From the NCBI GenBank assembly GCA_943330855.2, contig CALQJI020000015.1, forward strand, positions 5,469 through 69,468: 64,000 nt of DNA. The letters run 5' to 3'. Position numbers and translations under genes: made by a program. Positions 42,321 to 52,441 of the stretch are shown piece by piece. Position 1 is the first letter of the stretch, and each line of letters starts with the position of its first letter. Below the pieces are notes generated by a model. The model had not been told where the DNA came from. It saw only the letters and a program-made list of their open reading frames with translations, and searched no databases. The stretch comes from Klebsiella pneumoniae. Lineage in GTDB: Bacteria > Verrucomicrobiota > Verrucomicrobiia > Limisphaerales > SXTU01.

Positions 42321-43691
42321 TCAGCGCTCGCTCGCCGGGATATGCACCACCGTCAGCGCGCAGGAGTCCCAAACCTTCGTGCCGCGACTGCAATTCCAGG
42401 TGATGAAAAGCGTCTCGCCCTTCGCATCGAGCGCCACGCTGTAGGTGCCGCGCGGCATCACACCATACTTCTGCTCGTAGAACGGATGCAGGAACGCGAT
42501 GACCTTCCGCGTCCGGGTCTTCGTGTCGTATTGCACGACCGCCGAGTGGTCCGCCTCACTGCCGCCGTGCGCGCCGGGGACGTAGTAGAGGAAGCGCCCG
42601 GTCGGGTCGGCGTCGAGGGTTGTGATGTATTGGTTCGTGCCGATGGCTACAGGGCCGAGTGTTTCGATGCGCTCGGTCTTGGTGTGGAACGCGTAGAGCT
42701 GCGACTCCGTGCCCTTCAACGGATGCGGCACAGTGTAGATGATTCCCTGCGGCGTTTCGTCGCTCGCGGTGCGCAGGCCGATGACTCCGGGAACGGGCGT
42801 GGGTTTACCCGGCTGCGCGGGGTCGAAACGCACGAGGTCGGTGCCGTGGAGGGAGTCTACGTTGAACCAGATGCGCCCGGTGGCTGGGGAGAACATCATG
42901 GCGCGTGCTGGGCCGCCGAAGCCGGACCAAATCATCTTCCGCGCCGCGAGATCGTAGGCGAAGAAGGTCACGCTCTTTTCGCCCGCGCGTGTCTCCGGCT
43001 CCGTGCCGCCGTAGAAGATGAGGCGCTGCGGGTCGGTCAAGCCGGTGGGGATGCAATGGCCGGGCACTGGGCCTTCCGAGATGATTTCCGCCTTCGCCGT
43101 GACAGGGTGGACACGGATGAGCCAGTCGCCTTTGTAATCCTTGTCGCCGTCCGTCGCGCGCGTGCCGCCGCGATGGGTGCCGCAGTAAATCCAGCCGTCG
43201 CGCGCGAGGGCGAGCTGCGTGTGAATCTTCCCCGGCGTGTAGCGCCCGGCGGGCAGGCCGAGCAGTTTCTTCACGTCGAGAAGTAGGCGGAACTTTTTCG
43301 TCGTGGGGTCGAACTCGTAGATAAACGCGGAGCCACTGGGCGCGAGGTGGTCGCCGATGGAGGCGTAGTATTTGCCGTTGGCGAAGAGGCTGTCGCCCCA
43401 GTTGGACCACGGATTACCGCGATGGTCTTGGCCGGGGAAGTAGGCGAAGTCCACGGTCGGTGCGGTCTTCGCGATCGTGACGCCGGGCAACAGCGTGGCG
43501 GGTGGCTTCAGGAAATCCGGCGAGGTGTCGGTGACGAGTTCCTTCCCGCCGGGAAGCGTGGGTGGGTAGGAAACTTCCGGCTCGGGCTTGGGTTTTGGCT
43601 TGGCGGGCTTGGGCGTGGTGGCCTTTGGAGTCTGGGCTGGCGCGGCGAGGCAAAGGCCCAGAGAGAGGGCCAGCAGGAGGGCGGATTTCAT
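42321..43691 (-). CDS. Hypothetical secreted beta-propeller protein
   Basis: Signal peptide MKSALLLALSLGLCLAAPA, Pro/Lys linker, repeated YD/FD blades. Confidence 0.7.
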   Translation of the reverse strand: MKSALLLALSLGLCLAAPAQTPKATTPKPAKPKPKPEPEVSYPPTLPGGKELVTDTSPDFLKPPATLLPGVTIAKTAPTVDFAYFPGQDHRGNPWSNWGDSLFANGKYYASIGDHLAPSGSAFIYEFDPTTKKFRLLLDVKKLLGLPAGRYTPGKIHTQLALARDGWIYCGTHRGGTRATDGDKDYKGDWLIRVHPVTAKAEIISEGPVPGHCIPTGLTDPQRLIFYGGTEPETRAGEKSVTFFAYDLAARKMIWSGFGGPARAMMFSPATGRIWFNVDSLHGTDLVRFDPAQPGKPTPVPGVIGLRTASDETPQGIIYTVPHPLKGTESQLYAFHTKTERIETLGPVAIGTNQYITTLDADPTGRFLYYVPGAHGGSEADHSAVVQYDTKTRTRKVIAFLHPFYEQKYGVMPRGTYSVALDAKGETLFITWNCSRGTKVWDSCALTVVHIPASER

Positions 43692-43739
43692 GTGGGGGAC
43701 TTCGACTTGGGAAGGCGGGCGGGGCTTCACGGATGATTC

Positions 43740-43825
43740 GTAGCCGCCGAGGTGAGGCGGCGGGGCTTTCGAGCAAAACAAGTTTCCAGACTCGGCACGG
43801 TCCGCTTTCTTACCTCGGCGGCTAC
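43740..43825. repeat. GTAG REP doublet supplying the TAG stop of the adjacent gene
   Basis: gtagccgccgaggtgaggcggcgg ... ccgctttcttacctcggcggctac; cta at 43822-43824 is the stop codon. Confidence 0.9.
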
Positions 43826-45003
43826 AACCCGCGCCAAATCATCTCCAGCGCGATGAGGGAGTAGCTCGTCGTTAGCGCGGTTTCCTTTTCCCACCAACGG
43901 GCGTTGTCGTTGCTCCATGAACCGTCTTTCTGCTGGAGGTTCATCAAGCGCAGAGCAACGTCTCGCCGCCAGTTCACGCGCTTGCCGTCCTTCGTTTCCA
44001 GCTCGTGGACCTGCGCGGCGGTCAGGCCCTTCGTTAGCAGGTGCAGGTAGTAATAGAGCCCCTGCGGCCCCATGCCGGGGTTTTCCTCCAGCGTGTAGTT
44101 GGCGCGCAGCCAGTCCAGCACAGCGGTCACACGCGCGTCGTCGCGCTTCAGGTCGGTGTAGATGTAACTGAGCAAGCCCGCGTAGCTCGCGCTGCCGTAG
44201 GAACGAAGGGCGACGCGGCCCGTCGCGGAATTTGTGGTGCCGCCCGCCATGCTGTGGCCGGGGTAGTAGATGAATCCGCCCTTGTTCGTCGCGTCGCCGG
44301 AGGCCCATGACTCGGGGTTGGAGCCGGGCAAATTCTGGCAGTGCTGGAGGAAGCGGATCGCGGCTTGCCAGTCGAGGTCCTTGGTATCGGCGAGCTTCGT
44401 GTCGGCCACGAGGCGCTTGCTGTGATAGAGAGCTTCGAGGGCGATGAGCGTGTTGTTCAGGTCGGAGTGCGCATACTTATTCCCGTAGCCCACGCCGCCA
44501 TCGAAGGGCGTGTCGAGCCGCCCCTTCTCGCCGAAGTCCACTTGTGAGCCGACGACGAACGCACGGGCCTTGCGTGCGGCAGCGTCGTATTCGGGCCGAG
44601 CGGCGGACACGAGCGCGAGGAGGGAGAGCGAGGTGTTGTAGTTCGCCATGTTGGTGGCGTAGATGCCGCCGTCGGGCTTGGCGCTGGCTAGGAGGAAGGC
44701 GTAGCCGCGCTGGATTTGCGGCGGGGGATTTTTCAGAAACTTGCCCGACGGCTCGCCGTTGAGCGCGACCAGCGGGAGCGCGGTGACGGCCGGATGGTCG
44801 GGCGTGGTCCACCAGCCGTTGGAGTTTTGGTTCGTGAGCAGCCAAGCGATGCCTCGGTCAATGGCGCGCTGGACCTCATGACGCAGCGACTCGTCATGGG
44901 CGAACGGCACGGGGAGCAGCGAAGGCTTCGGAGCTTCGGCAGCGAAGGCACTTGGCACGAGGCAGACGACAAGAGCGAGGGCGAATATAATTGGCAGACG
45001 CAT
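43822..45003 (-). CDS. Secreted prenyltransferase/squalene-oxidase-repeat protein
   Basis: Signal peptide; QNSNGWW, DGGVGY, DLNNT and QQKDGSW repeats. Confidence 0.82.
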   Translation of the reverse strand: MRLPIIFALALVVCLVPSAFAAEAPKPSLLPVPFAHDESLRHEVQRAIDRGIAWLLTNQNSNGWWTTPDHPAVTALPLVALNGEPSGKFLKNPPPQIQRGYAFLLASAKPDGGIYATNMANYNTSLSLLALVSAARPEYDAAARKARAFVVGSQVDFGEKGRLDTPFDGGVGYGNKYAHSDLNNTLIALEALYHSKRLVADTKLADTKDLDWQAAIRFLQHCQNLPGSNPESWASGDATNKGGFIYYPGHSMAGGTTNSATGRVALRSYGSASYAGLLSYIYTDLKRDDARVTAVLDWLRANYTLEENPGMGPQGLYYYLHLLTKGLTAAQVHELETKDGKRVNWRRDVALRLMNLQQKDGSWSNDNARWWEKETALTTSYSLIALEMIWRGL

Positions 45004-45089
45004 ATCAGTTCAGCAGTCGTGACTGGTTAGCAGACGCGGGTGTTCAACACGAGCGGCAATCAGTCGCCCAACGGTCAACCGGAAGCATT

Positions 45090-45125
45090 TTTTAGCCATG
45101 GATGGAACAGAGTTGAACCACGGAT
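45090..45125. repeat. Orphan left arm of the CACGGAT-unit element
   Basis: ttttagccatggatggaacagagttgaaccacggat. Confidence 0.65.
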
Positions 45126-45221
45126 GGGGACAAGCCGCATCCAGCGATTGCCCCGGAACGCGGCGCTCCGGCCTGTTTCCTGATTGCGAATTCCAACTCC
45201 TCACCTATCGTCCGGCCCGCC

Positions 45222-46526
45222 ATGACAAAAATGACGTTCGCTTTTTCCTCCACACTCGTCGCCACGCTTGCGGCGGCCACTCTCGCCCAAGCGGCGGATT
45301 GGCCGCAGTATCGCGGCCCAAACCTCGACGGTTCCACCTCTGAAAAGATTTCCACCAAGTGGCCCGCCGGTGGGCCCAAGGCGGTTTGGAAAGCCCCGAC
45401 CACGGACGGCTTCAGCTCCTTCACTGTTAGCGGTGGGCAGGCGTTCACGCTCGTGCTGCGCGACATCGAAGGCACCCCGCAGGAGGTCTGCATAGCGCTC
45501 GATGCGAACACGGGCAAGGAACTGTGGAAGACTCCGCTCGGCACGCTGAAGCTCGGCGACGGCGGCCAGGCCGGGGCCAAGGATAACGGCGGCGGCGACG
45601 GCCCGCGCTCCACCCCGACCGTCAGCGACGGCAAGGTATATGTGATGTCCGCCAAGCTGGTCTTGAGCTGCTTCGACGCGAAGACGGGCAAGTCGGTTTG
45701 GCAGCACGACCTGCTCAAGGACTTCGCCGGTCGCAACATCAGTTGGCAAAACGCTGCTTCGCCGCTGGTGGAAGGCAGCTTGGTCTTGGTCGCAGGTGGC
45801 GGCGCAGGGCAGTCCATTCTCGCGTTCAACAAGCAGACGGGGGCCGTGGCTTGGAAAGCTCACGACGAGAAAATCACGCACTCCACGCCCGTGGCCGCGA
45901 CCATCCACGGCGTGCGGCAGGTCATTTTCTTCTGCCAGAGCGGCCTCGTCTCCGTGGACGTGAAGGACGGCAAGGCCTTGTGGAAACGCCCGTTCAAGTT
46001 CGCTGTCTCCACCGCGATGACGCCCATCGTGGCGGGTGACCTCGTGTTCTGCTCCGCCGGCTACGGCGTGGGCGGCGGCGCGGCGCGCATCACCAAGGAT
46101 GCGTCGGGCTTCAAGGCCGAGGAAACTTGGTTCGTGGCGGGCAACGCTGGTCCCGATGCCGTGGCTAACCACTGGAGCACGCCCGTTTACAAGGAAGGCC
46201 ACCTCTACGGCATGTTCCAGTTCAAGGAATACGGCTCCGGACCGCTCAAGTGCGTAGAGCTGGCCACTGGCAAGGTCAAGTGGAGCAAGCCCGGCTTCGG
46301 GCCCGGCAACGTTATCTTGCTCGGCGACCAAGTCCTCGCGCTCTCCGACGCGGGTGAGCTCGTCGTCGCCGAGGCCACGCCCGGCGCATACAAGGAAGTC
46401 AGCCGCGCCAAGGTCCTCGCCGGCAAGTGCTGGTCCACCCCCGTCGTGAGCAACGGCCGCATCTATGTGCGCAGCACGAAGGAAGCGGTGTGCCTCGACG
46501 TGTCGGCCAAGTCAGCGCAGCGCTGA
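45222..46526 (+). CDS. PQQ-like (BamB-like) beta-propeller repeat protein
   Basis: Signal peptide, DWPQYRGP, GPRSTP and CWSTPVVSNGRIYVR. Confidence 0.88.
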   Translation: MTKMTFAFSSTLVATLAAATLAQAADWPQYRGPNLDGSTSEKISTKWPAGGPKAVWKAPTTDGFSSFTVSGGQAFTLVLRDIEGTPQEVCIALDANTGKELWKTPLGTLKLGDGGQAGAKDNGGGDGPRSTPTVSDGKVYVMSAKLVLSCFDAKTGKSVWQHDLLKDFAGRNISWQNAASPLVEGSLVLVAGGGAGQSILAFNKQTGAVAWKAHDEKITHSTPVAATIHGVRQVIFFCQSGLVSVDVKDGKALWKRPFKFAVSTAMTPIVAGDLVFCSAGYGVGGGAARITKDASGFKAEETWFVAGNAGPDAVANHWSTPVYKEGHLYGMFQFKEYGSGPLKCVELATGKVKWSKPGFGPGNVILLGDQVLALSDAGELVVAEATPGAYKEVSRAKVLAGKCWSTPVVSNGRIYVRSTKEAVCLDVSAKSAQR

Positions 46527-46949
46527 ACCAAGCCTCTTTCGCAGGCGGGTTGGCCCAGCGTGGTCAGCCCGCCTTTTGCTTTTCCTGCCTGAAATTCCGG
46601 AGCCAAACCCAATTTCTTCCGCTCTGCGCCTTTGCGTTGACTGCCGTTTCCAAGTTTAAGTGCTTGGCTCAAGCTGGAGTGAAATTTTCTCCTCGGCCGC
46701 GTCCCCGCCCGAGAAAACTCGTTGTCCTCAGTGAGGACGTGCTCACAGGGAGTAACTAGTTTTCAACCTGGATCAGGCTGCCGCGCATGAAACATTCTCA
46801 ACCAAAGAGCTTCCATCTCGCCCGGACTTCCGCGCGGCGCACACGGCTGGCGCGGACCGCAAATCTCGGAGCACTACCCGCTCTGCATGGCGCAGCAGGT
46901 GGAGTTCCTCTCCGTCCCGGCGTCGGTGCTCTGCGGGCGCTCGTTCCTG

Positions 46950-47445
46950 GCCCCTCCGCGCACCTGCGCTATGAGAACTACGGCAGCGTCGCCGTGCCGA
47001 CGACGGCCTATTTTTTCATTTCCAACCCCGCCCTGAAGCCGGAGCAGCTTCAGACCTTGGAACTGAGTTTGTCACACCGGCTCACCGAGGGCCTGACCCT
47101 CGGGGCAGTGGCGTTTTACACCTTGATGAGTCAGACCATCAGTTCGGCGCGACTTGGAACTACAACGCCCGCTTCCTCCCCACGCCGTCGGTGAACTAGA
47201 ACGGCCCGCAGGCCGGAGCCGCCTCGCCGGGCACCGTTGGCTTCGGCACGCGGACGCCGGCCTTCCAGATGGTGAACCTCCACGCGGAGTTGCGCAACGC
47301 CCGGGAAAACTTCACCCTCTTTCTCCGCGCGGACAACCTGCTCGACCGGCGCTACTACCACGCCGGCTTCGGCGGGGGCTTCAACTTCTACGCCACGCCG
47401 CAGGACGCGCGCGCCGTCACCGTGGGGCTGCGCGGCGGTTTATGA
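46950..47445 (+). pseudogene. TonB-dependent receptor remnant (C-terminal fragments)
   Basis: Fragment 1 reads NPALKPEQLQTLEL...AFY. After a frame change, fragment 2 has a TAG at 47197-47199 and ends ADNLLDRRYY...PQDARAVTVGLRGGL. Left boundary is approximate. Confidence 0.75.
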
Positions 47446-47566
47446 GCGGAAGAGGATGCGGTTGGAGCGCCAGCTTCGAACCGGCTTCACGCGTCCGGAC
47501 AAAGAACGTGCGCGCTTAGGGTTGCGAGTGGTGGAGTCGGCGAATTTCTGCTTCATCAACTTCCTC

Positions 47567-47591
47567 GTAACCCCCTACGTTCCCGCGCGTC
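47567..47591 (+). promoter_or_regulatory. Putative ECF-sigma autoregulatory promoter
   Basis: GTAAC-N16-CGTC about 35 bp upstream of the ECF sigma start; matches the generic AAC/CGT ECF pattern. Confidence 0.55.
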
Positions 47592-47626
47592 ACCAGTCCC
47601 GTGCGGGTTTGGGTTCCGAATGACTT

Positions 47627-48220
47627 ATGGGTGAGCAGCCCGGCTTGGATGTCGCGGTGTGCCTGGCGCGCGTGCGCGAGCGTGATGAGGACGCCGCCCG
47701 CGCGCTGGTCGAGCATCTCTATCCACTCGTCATCAAGATTGTCCGCGCGCACCTGCCCCGGGCACTCGACGAAGAAGATTTGTCGCAGGAGATTTTTATG
47801 AAGTTGTTCGCCAACGCCGCGCAGTATCGGGGCGAAGTGCCTTTCGCCCACTGGGTGTCGCGCATCGCGGTGAGCACGTGCATTGACCGGCTCCGCGCGC
47901 AAAAGCGCCGGCCCGAGTGGCGCTGGGCGGACTTGTCCGAGCGCGAGGCGGACGTGCTGGATGCCGTGCTCCACACCGAGCACGAGCCTGACACCGCACT
48001 GGCGATCGACGCGGGCGAACTCGTCGGCAAGCTGATGCAAACGCTCAACGCCGAGGACCAACTCGTCATCCGGCTGTTGGATTTGGAAGAACGCACCGTG
48101 GCGGAAATCGCCGCGCAGACCGGTTGGAGCCAGACGCTGGTGAAAGTCCGCGCCTTCCGCGCGCGACGAAAATTACGGAAGCAACTTGAACAGCTCGAAA
48201 AACAGAAGCGCCATGAGTGA
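47627..48220 (+). CDS. ECF sigma-70 factor
   Basis: EDLSQEIF, WVSRIA..CIDRLR and EIA..TGWS...VKVRAFRAR motifs. Confidence 0.92.
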   Translation: MGEQPGLDVAVCLARVRERDEDAARALVEHLYPLVIKIVRAHLPRALDEEDLSQEIFMKLFANAAQYRGEVPFAHWVSRIAVSTCIDRLRAQKRRPEWRWADLSEREADVLDAVLHTEHEPDTALAIDAGELVGKLMQTLNAEDQLVIRLLDLEERTVAEIAAQTGWSQTLVKVRAFRARRKLRKQLEQLEKQKRHE

Positions 48221-48512
48221 ACCGAAAGAAAACTGGCAGAAACTCGCCCGCCTCGCGCGCCAAGCGCCGAAGTCTGCCGAGTCCGCCGCGCCGTTCGGCT
48301 TCGCCACCCGCGTCGGGGCGCGCTGGGCCACCGGCGAATCGCCCGAGCCTTCCACTTGGGATGTGCTGGAACAGTTCTCCCTCCGCAGCCTCGTGGTTGC
48401 GGGCGCGCTGATGGTCGCCGTGGTGTTCGCGAGTCACGACCTCGCCACGCCCGGCTGGACGCAGCAATACACCGTGGCCGACGCGACCTTCGACCCCCTC
48501 TTCGAGCAATGA
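48213..48512 (+). CDS. Putative single-TM anti-sigma factor
   Basis: Overlaps the ECF gene; APFGFATRV followed by one TM segment. Confidence 0.7.
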   Translation: MSEPKENWQKLARLARQAPKSAESAAPFGFATRVGARWATGESPEPSTWDVLEQFSLRSLVVAGALMVAVVFASHDLATPGWTQQYTVADATFDPLFEQ

Positions 48513-48988
48513 GCTGGCTCCGACATTGGAAGGTGACGCTGGCGCTCCTGGGGCTGTTCCTCCTGGGCGCGGCGACCGGCGCCGTCGTGACCCTCAAGGT
48601 CGTCAAGCGCTACATCGAGTCCCGCACCAACCCGGAGCGGATGTCGCAGAGTTTGCTTCAGGAGTATCAACGCCGCTTGCGCCTCACGCCTGAGCAGGTC
48701 GAGCGCATCCGTCCCATCCTTCAGCGCACCGGGCGCGAGATGTGGGAGCTGCGCACCGAGATGGCCGGGCGCACGTTCCAGGTCATCCGCCTCTCGCACG
48801 AGGAAATCGCCGCTGAGCTGCTGCCCGAGCAGCGCGAGGAGTTCGCGCGCGTGAACAAGGAGATGCGCGAGCGCTACCGCCAGCCAGGGCCACCGGCGCC
48901 GAAGGGGATGCCGCCGATTAAGGGACCGCGCTTGTTCGGTGCGCCCGGCCCGAAAGGCGAACCGAAGGATTTCGAGAAGGCCAAATGA
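48509..48988 (+). CDS. Spy/CpxP-like periplasmic helical protein
   Basis: TM segment, then LRLTPEQ and LLPEQREEF (LTxxQ-type) repeats. Confidence 0.7.
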   Translation: MSWLRHWKVTLALLGLFLLGAATGAVVTLKVVKRYIESRTNPERMSQSLLQEYQRRLRLTPEQVERIRPILQRTGREMWELRTEMAGRTFQVIRLSHEEIAAELLPEQREEFARVNKEMRERYRQPGPPAPKGMPPIKGPRLFGAPGPKGEPKDFEKAK

Positions 48989-49563
48989 CACGTTTCTCCT
49001 TCATCCTGCTTGTCGCTTCCGTCCTCTCGGTCGTCGCCGCCGAGTCCCCAAAACTTTCGGACACCCACGGCAAGCTTCATGACCCGCTCAAGACCGTCGC
49101 CGACCGCACGGCCACCGTCATCATCTTCACGCTGCCGGACTGTCCCATCGCCAACGCCTACGCCCCGGAGATAAACCGCCTCGTCGCCGACTACTCCGCG
49201 AAGGGCGTCGCCTTCTACCTCGCTCATGTGGACCGCGACCTGACCGCCGCCGCCGCGCGTCAGCACGCGAAGGATTTCGGCCTCCAGTGCCCCGTGCTGC
49301 TCGACTCCCAGCACGCGCTCGTGAAGGCCCTCGGCGCGACCAAGACCCCGCAAGCCTTCCTCCTCGGCCCCGATGGCAAGCCCCGCTATCAAGGCCGCAT
49401 CAATAATCTCTTCGCCGACTACGGCCAGCGCCGGCAGACCGTCACGCAACACGACTTGCGCCACGCCCTCGACGCCGTGCTCGCGGGTAAACCTGTTTTG
49501 CAGCCAGTCACCGAAGTCATCGGCTGCCACATCCAAACGACTTCCGAAAACAAGCAGCCATGA
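48985..49563 (+). CDS. Exported redoxin (AhpC/TSA-like thioredoxin fold)
   Basis: Signal peptide; DCPIANAY, TPQAF, YQGRI and GC motifs. Confidence 0.85.
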   Translation: MTRFSFILLVASVLSVVAAESPKLSDTHGKLHDPLKTVADRTATVIIFTLPDCPIANAYAPEINRLVADYSAKGVAFYLAHVDRDLTAAAARQHAKDFGLQCPVLLDSQHALVKALGATKTPQAFLLGPDGKPRYQGRINNLFADYGQRRQTVTQHDLRHALDAVLAGKPVLQPVTEVIGCHIQTTSENKQP

Positions 49564-50939
49564 ACTCACGCCTCCTCCTCGGCCTCACTTGCGCCGCCGC
49601 ACTCCTCGCCCTCGCCGCCCCGCGCGCGAAGTCCAATCCCAGACCCCAGACGCCAGACCCCAAGCTCATCCCCTACTCCCCGCGCCCCGCGAACACGCTG
49701 ACCTTCACGAAGGACATCGCGCCCATTCTCTTCGCCAACTGCGCCTCGTGTCATCGCACCGGCGAGGTCGCGCCGTTCAACCTCACGAGCTACGCCGACG
49801 CCGCCAAACGAGCGAAGACCATCGCCAGCGTGGTCGGGAAACGCGTGATGCCGCCGTGGAAGGCGGCTCCCGGCCCCGTCTACGTGGACGAGTGCCGCCT
49901 GACGGAGGACCAGATTGGAGTCATTCAACAATGGGCCGCCGAAGGCGTGAAGGAAGGCAACGCCGCCGACCTGCCCGCGTTGCCGAAGTTCCCCGACGGC
50001 TGGCGCAACGGCGAACCCGACCTCGTCATCGAGATGCCTGAGGCTTTCACCATCCCCGCCGAGGGCCGCGACATCTACCGCAACTTCGTCATCCCCACTG
50101 GCTTCACCGAGGACAAGTGGCTGGCCGCCGTCGAGATTCGCCCCGGCAATCGCCGCGTCGTCCACCACGTCCTCGTCCACCTCGATGTCTCCGGCAAGGC
50201 CCGGGAGCTGGATGCTAAAGACCCCGGCCCCGGCTACCGCACCGGCGGTGGCGTGGGCTTCCCGAGCGCCGGGCAAATCGGCGGCTGGGCCCCCGGCAAC
50301 GTCGCGCGTCGCTCGCCCGACGGCATCGGCGTAAACGTGCCGAAGCACTCCGACATCGTGATCCAGGTCCACTACAACTTGAACGGCAAGCCCGAGACCG
50401 ACCGCACGAAGGTTGGTCTCTACTTCGCCAAAGGCCCCGTGGACCAGCGCGCCCGCCTCTTCCCGTTGGCCAGCCGCATCAACATCCCCGCCGGCGACGC
50501 CGACTACCGCGTCACCTCCTCCATGCCCGTGCCCGCCGACGTGACCTTGCGCAGCGTGATGCCGCACATGCACCTGCTCGGCCGCGAGATGAAAGTATTT
50601 GCCACGCTGCCTGACGGCACGGAATTGCCGTTGGTCCATGTGCCCGAGTGGGATTTCAACTGGCAGAACAGCTACGCGTTTGCGGAGCCGGTGAAACTCC
50701 CGCGCGGCTCGAAGGTCACGCTCGAAGCTCGCTACGACAACTCCGCCGCCAACCCGCGCAACCCAAACTCTCCGCCCAAGGCCGTCCGCTGGGGCGAGCA
50801 GACCACCGACGAGATGTGCCTGGCCTACCTGAACTTCACCGTGGACAGCGAGAGCCTAACGCAGGGCAGGGCCGCCCCGAACGTCACGGACATTCTCCGC
50901 CAGCTCGGCGAGGCGCGGAAGAAGAAGCAGGACAAGTAG
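49560..50939 (+). CDS. Exported heme-c plus copper type II ascorbate-dependent monooxygenase-like protein
   Basis: CASCH heme motif, MPPW, VVHH, QVHY, PHMHLLG, WDFNWQ and DEMC. Confidence 0.85.
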   Translation: MNSRLLLGLTCAAALLALAAPRAKSNPRPQTPDPKLIPYSPRPANTLTFTKDIAPILFANCASCHRTGEVAPFNLTSYADAAKRAKTIASVVGKRVMPPWKAAPGPVYVDECRLTEDQIGVIQQWAAEGVKEGNAADLPALPKFPDGWRNGEPDLVIEMPEAFTIPAEGRDIYRNFVIPTGFTEDKWLAAVEIRPGNRRVVHHVLVHLDVSGKARELDAKDPGPGYRTGGGVGFPSAGQIGGWAPGNVARRSPDGIGVNVPKHSDIVIQVHYNLNGKPETDRTKVGLYFAKGPVDQRARLFPLASRINIPAGDADYRVTSSMPVPADVTLRSVMPHMHLLGREMKVFATLPDGTELPLVHVPEWDFNWQNSYAFAEPVKLPRGSKVTLEARYDNSAANPRNPNSPPKAVRWGEQTTDEMCLAYLNFTVDSESLTQGRAAPNVTDILRQLGEARKKKQDK

Positions 50940-51095
50940 TCAGGGGCCGTCGCATCCCACGGAAGGAATTCAAGTTGGCTCGGTCGTTCTTCCGTGGCGC
51001 TCGTCGCTTTTATTCCCGACTACTGATCCTAGCGACACGGGAGCCGACGCGGGCTTCCCAACAATGTCCGAGTTGTTATTCTCGCGCCCGTTCAC

Positions 51096-52424
51096 ATGAG
51101 CAACTCCGCCGCCGAATCGCCCGCTCCGGTTTCTCCCGCTGCACCTCCCAGCCCGCGCCTTATGTCGCTCGATGCGCTGCGGGGCTTCGATATGTTTTGG
51201 ATTCTCGGCGGAGATTTCGTGGTCACCACGGCGGGCAAGATGTCCGGCGGCAACGAGCAGACGTGGACACTCTTCGGCTGGCTCGCGGGCCAGTTCCGGC
51301 ACAAGGAATGGGATGGGTTCGCGTTCTATGATCTGATTTTCCCGCTGTTCGTTTTCATCTCAGGCGTGTCGGTCGTCTTCTCGCTCACGAAGGAAACGCA
51401 GCTCCACGGGCGGGCCGGCGCGCTGCAACGTGTGGTGCGGCGCGCGGCGCTGCTCTTCGTGCTGGGCATCTTTTACTCCGGCGGGTTTACGAAAGAGTGG
51501 CCGGAAATCCGCGTGCTCGGGGTGTTGCAACGCATCGCGCTCGCGTATCTCGGCGCGGGGTTGGTCTTCTGTTTCATCGGTGCGCGGATGAAGGCGCTGG
51601 CCGCGGTCATCGCGGGGATTCTAGTCGGCTACTGGGGGTTGATGAGCTTCGTGCCGATCCGCGACATCGCGTTGGACAAAGCCAAGCTCGCCGAGCTGGC
51701 CGAGAAGGCTGGCGACGCGCGCGGGGCCATCGTGTTGAAGTCCGAGACGAACCCATCCGCGACGAAGAACAGCCGCGCGTGGGCGAAGGCGGAGGAGTTG
51801 TTCGCCAAGACGACGGCCACGACGACCGGCCAGTTTGCGCCCGGCCACAACCTCGCCAACCACCTCGATTTCCAGCTTCTGCCGGGGCGCAAGTATGACC
51901 TGTTCTACGACCCCGAAGGCATCCTCAGCACGCTGCCCGCGGTGGCGACGTGCCTGCTCGGCGTGCTTGCCGGAGTGTGGTTGCGACGCGAGGACTTCTG
52001 CGACCAGTGGAAGGTGATTTATCTTCTGAGCTTCGGCGCGTTGGCGGTGCTCGTGGGCTTCGCGTGGGGGATGTCGTTCCCCGTCGTGAAGAAAATTTGG
52101 ACCTCGAGCTTCGTGCTCGTGGCGGGCGGCTACAGCGCGATGTTGTTGGGCGTGTTCTATCAGGTCGTGGACGTGTGGCAGTGGCGCGCGTGGTGTCAGC
52201 CGTTCGTGTGGATTGGCGTCAACTCCATCACGATCTACGTGGCGAACAACCTCCTTCAGTTCCGTGCCGTGGCGAACCGCTTCGTGGGCGGGGACGTGAA
52301 GCGGTGGCTGGACGTGAACCTCACCGACGGCGCGGGGAACCTGGCCATCGCGGTCGTCGGCTTCGCACTCATCTTTTGGTTCGTTAGTTTCCTCTACCGA
52401 CGGAAGATTTTTCTGAGGCTGTAG
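51096..52424 (+). CDS. HGSNAT/DUF5009-family membrane acyltransferase
   Basis: RLMSLDALRGFDM, DLIFPLF, GVLQRIA, DPEGILST and KKIWTSSF motifs. Confidence 0.88.
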   Translation: MSNSAAESPAPVSPAAPPSPRLMSLDALRGFDMFWILGGDFVVTTAGKMSGGNEQTWTLFGWLAGQFRHKEWDGFAFYDLIFPLFVFISGVSVVFSLTKETQLHGRAGALQRVVRRAALLFVLGIFYSGGFTKEWPEIRVLGVLQRIALAYLGAGLVFCFIGARMKALAAVIAGILVGYWGLMSFVPIRDIALDKAKLAELAEKAGDARGAIVLKSETNPSATKNSRAWAKAEELFAKTTATTTGQFAPGHNLANHLDFQLLPGRKYDLFYDPEGILSTLPAVATCLLGVLAGVWLRREDFCDQWKVIYLLSFGALAVLVGFAWGMSFPVVKKIWTSSFVLVAGGYSAMLLGVFYQVVDVWQWRAWCQPFVWIGVNSITIYVANNLLQFRAVANRFVGGDVKRWLDVNLTDGAGNLAIAVVGFALIFWFVSFLYRRKIFLRL

Positions 52425-52441
52425 TTCAACCCCCTGGCTGA

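Noticed and set aside
43822-45003. Squalene-hopene cyclase / terpene biosynthetic cluster
   Set aside because: Only about 390 aa with a signal peptide, no DxDD motif and no isoprenoid genes nearby.
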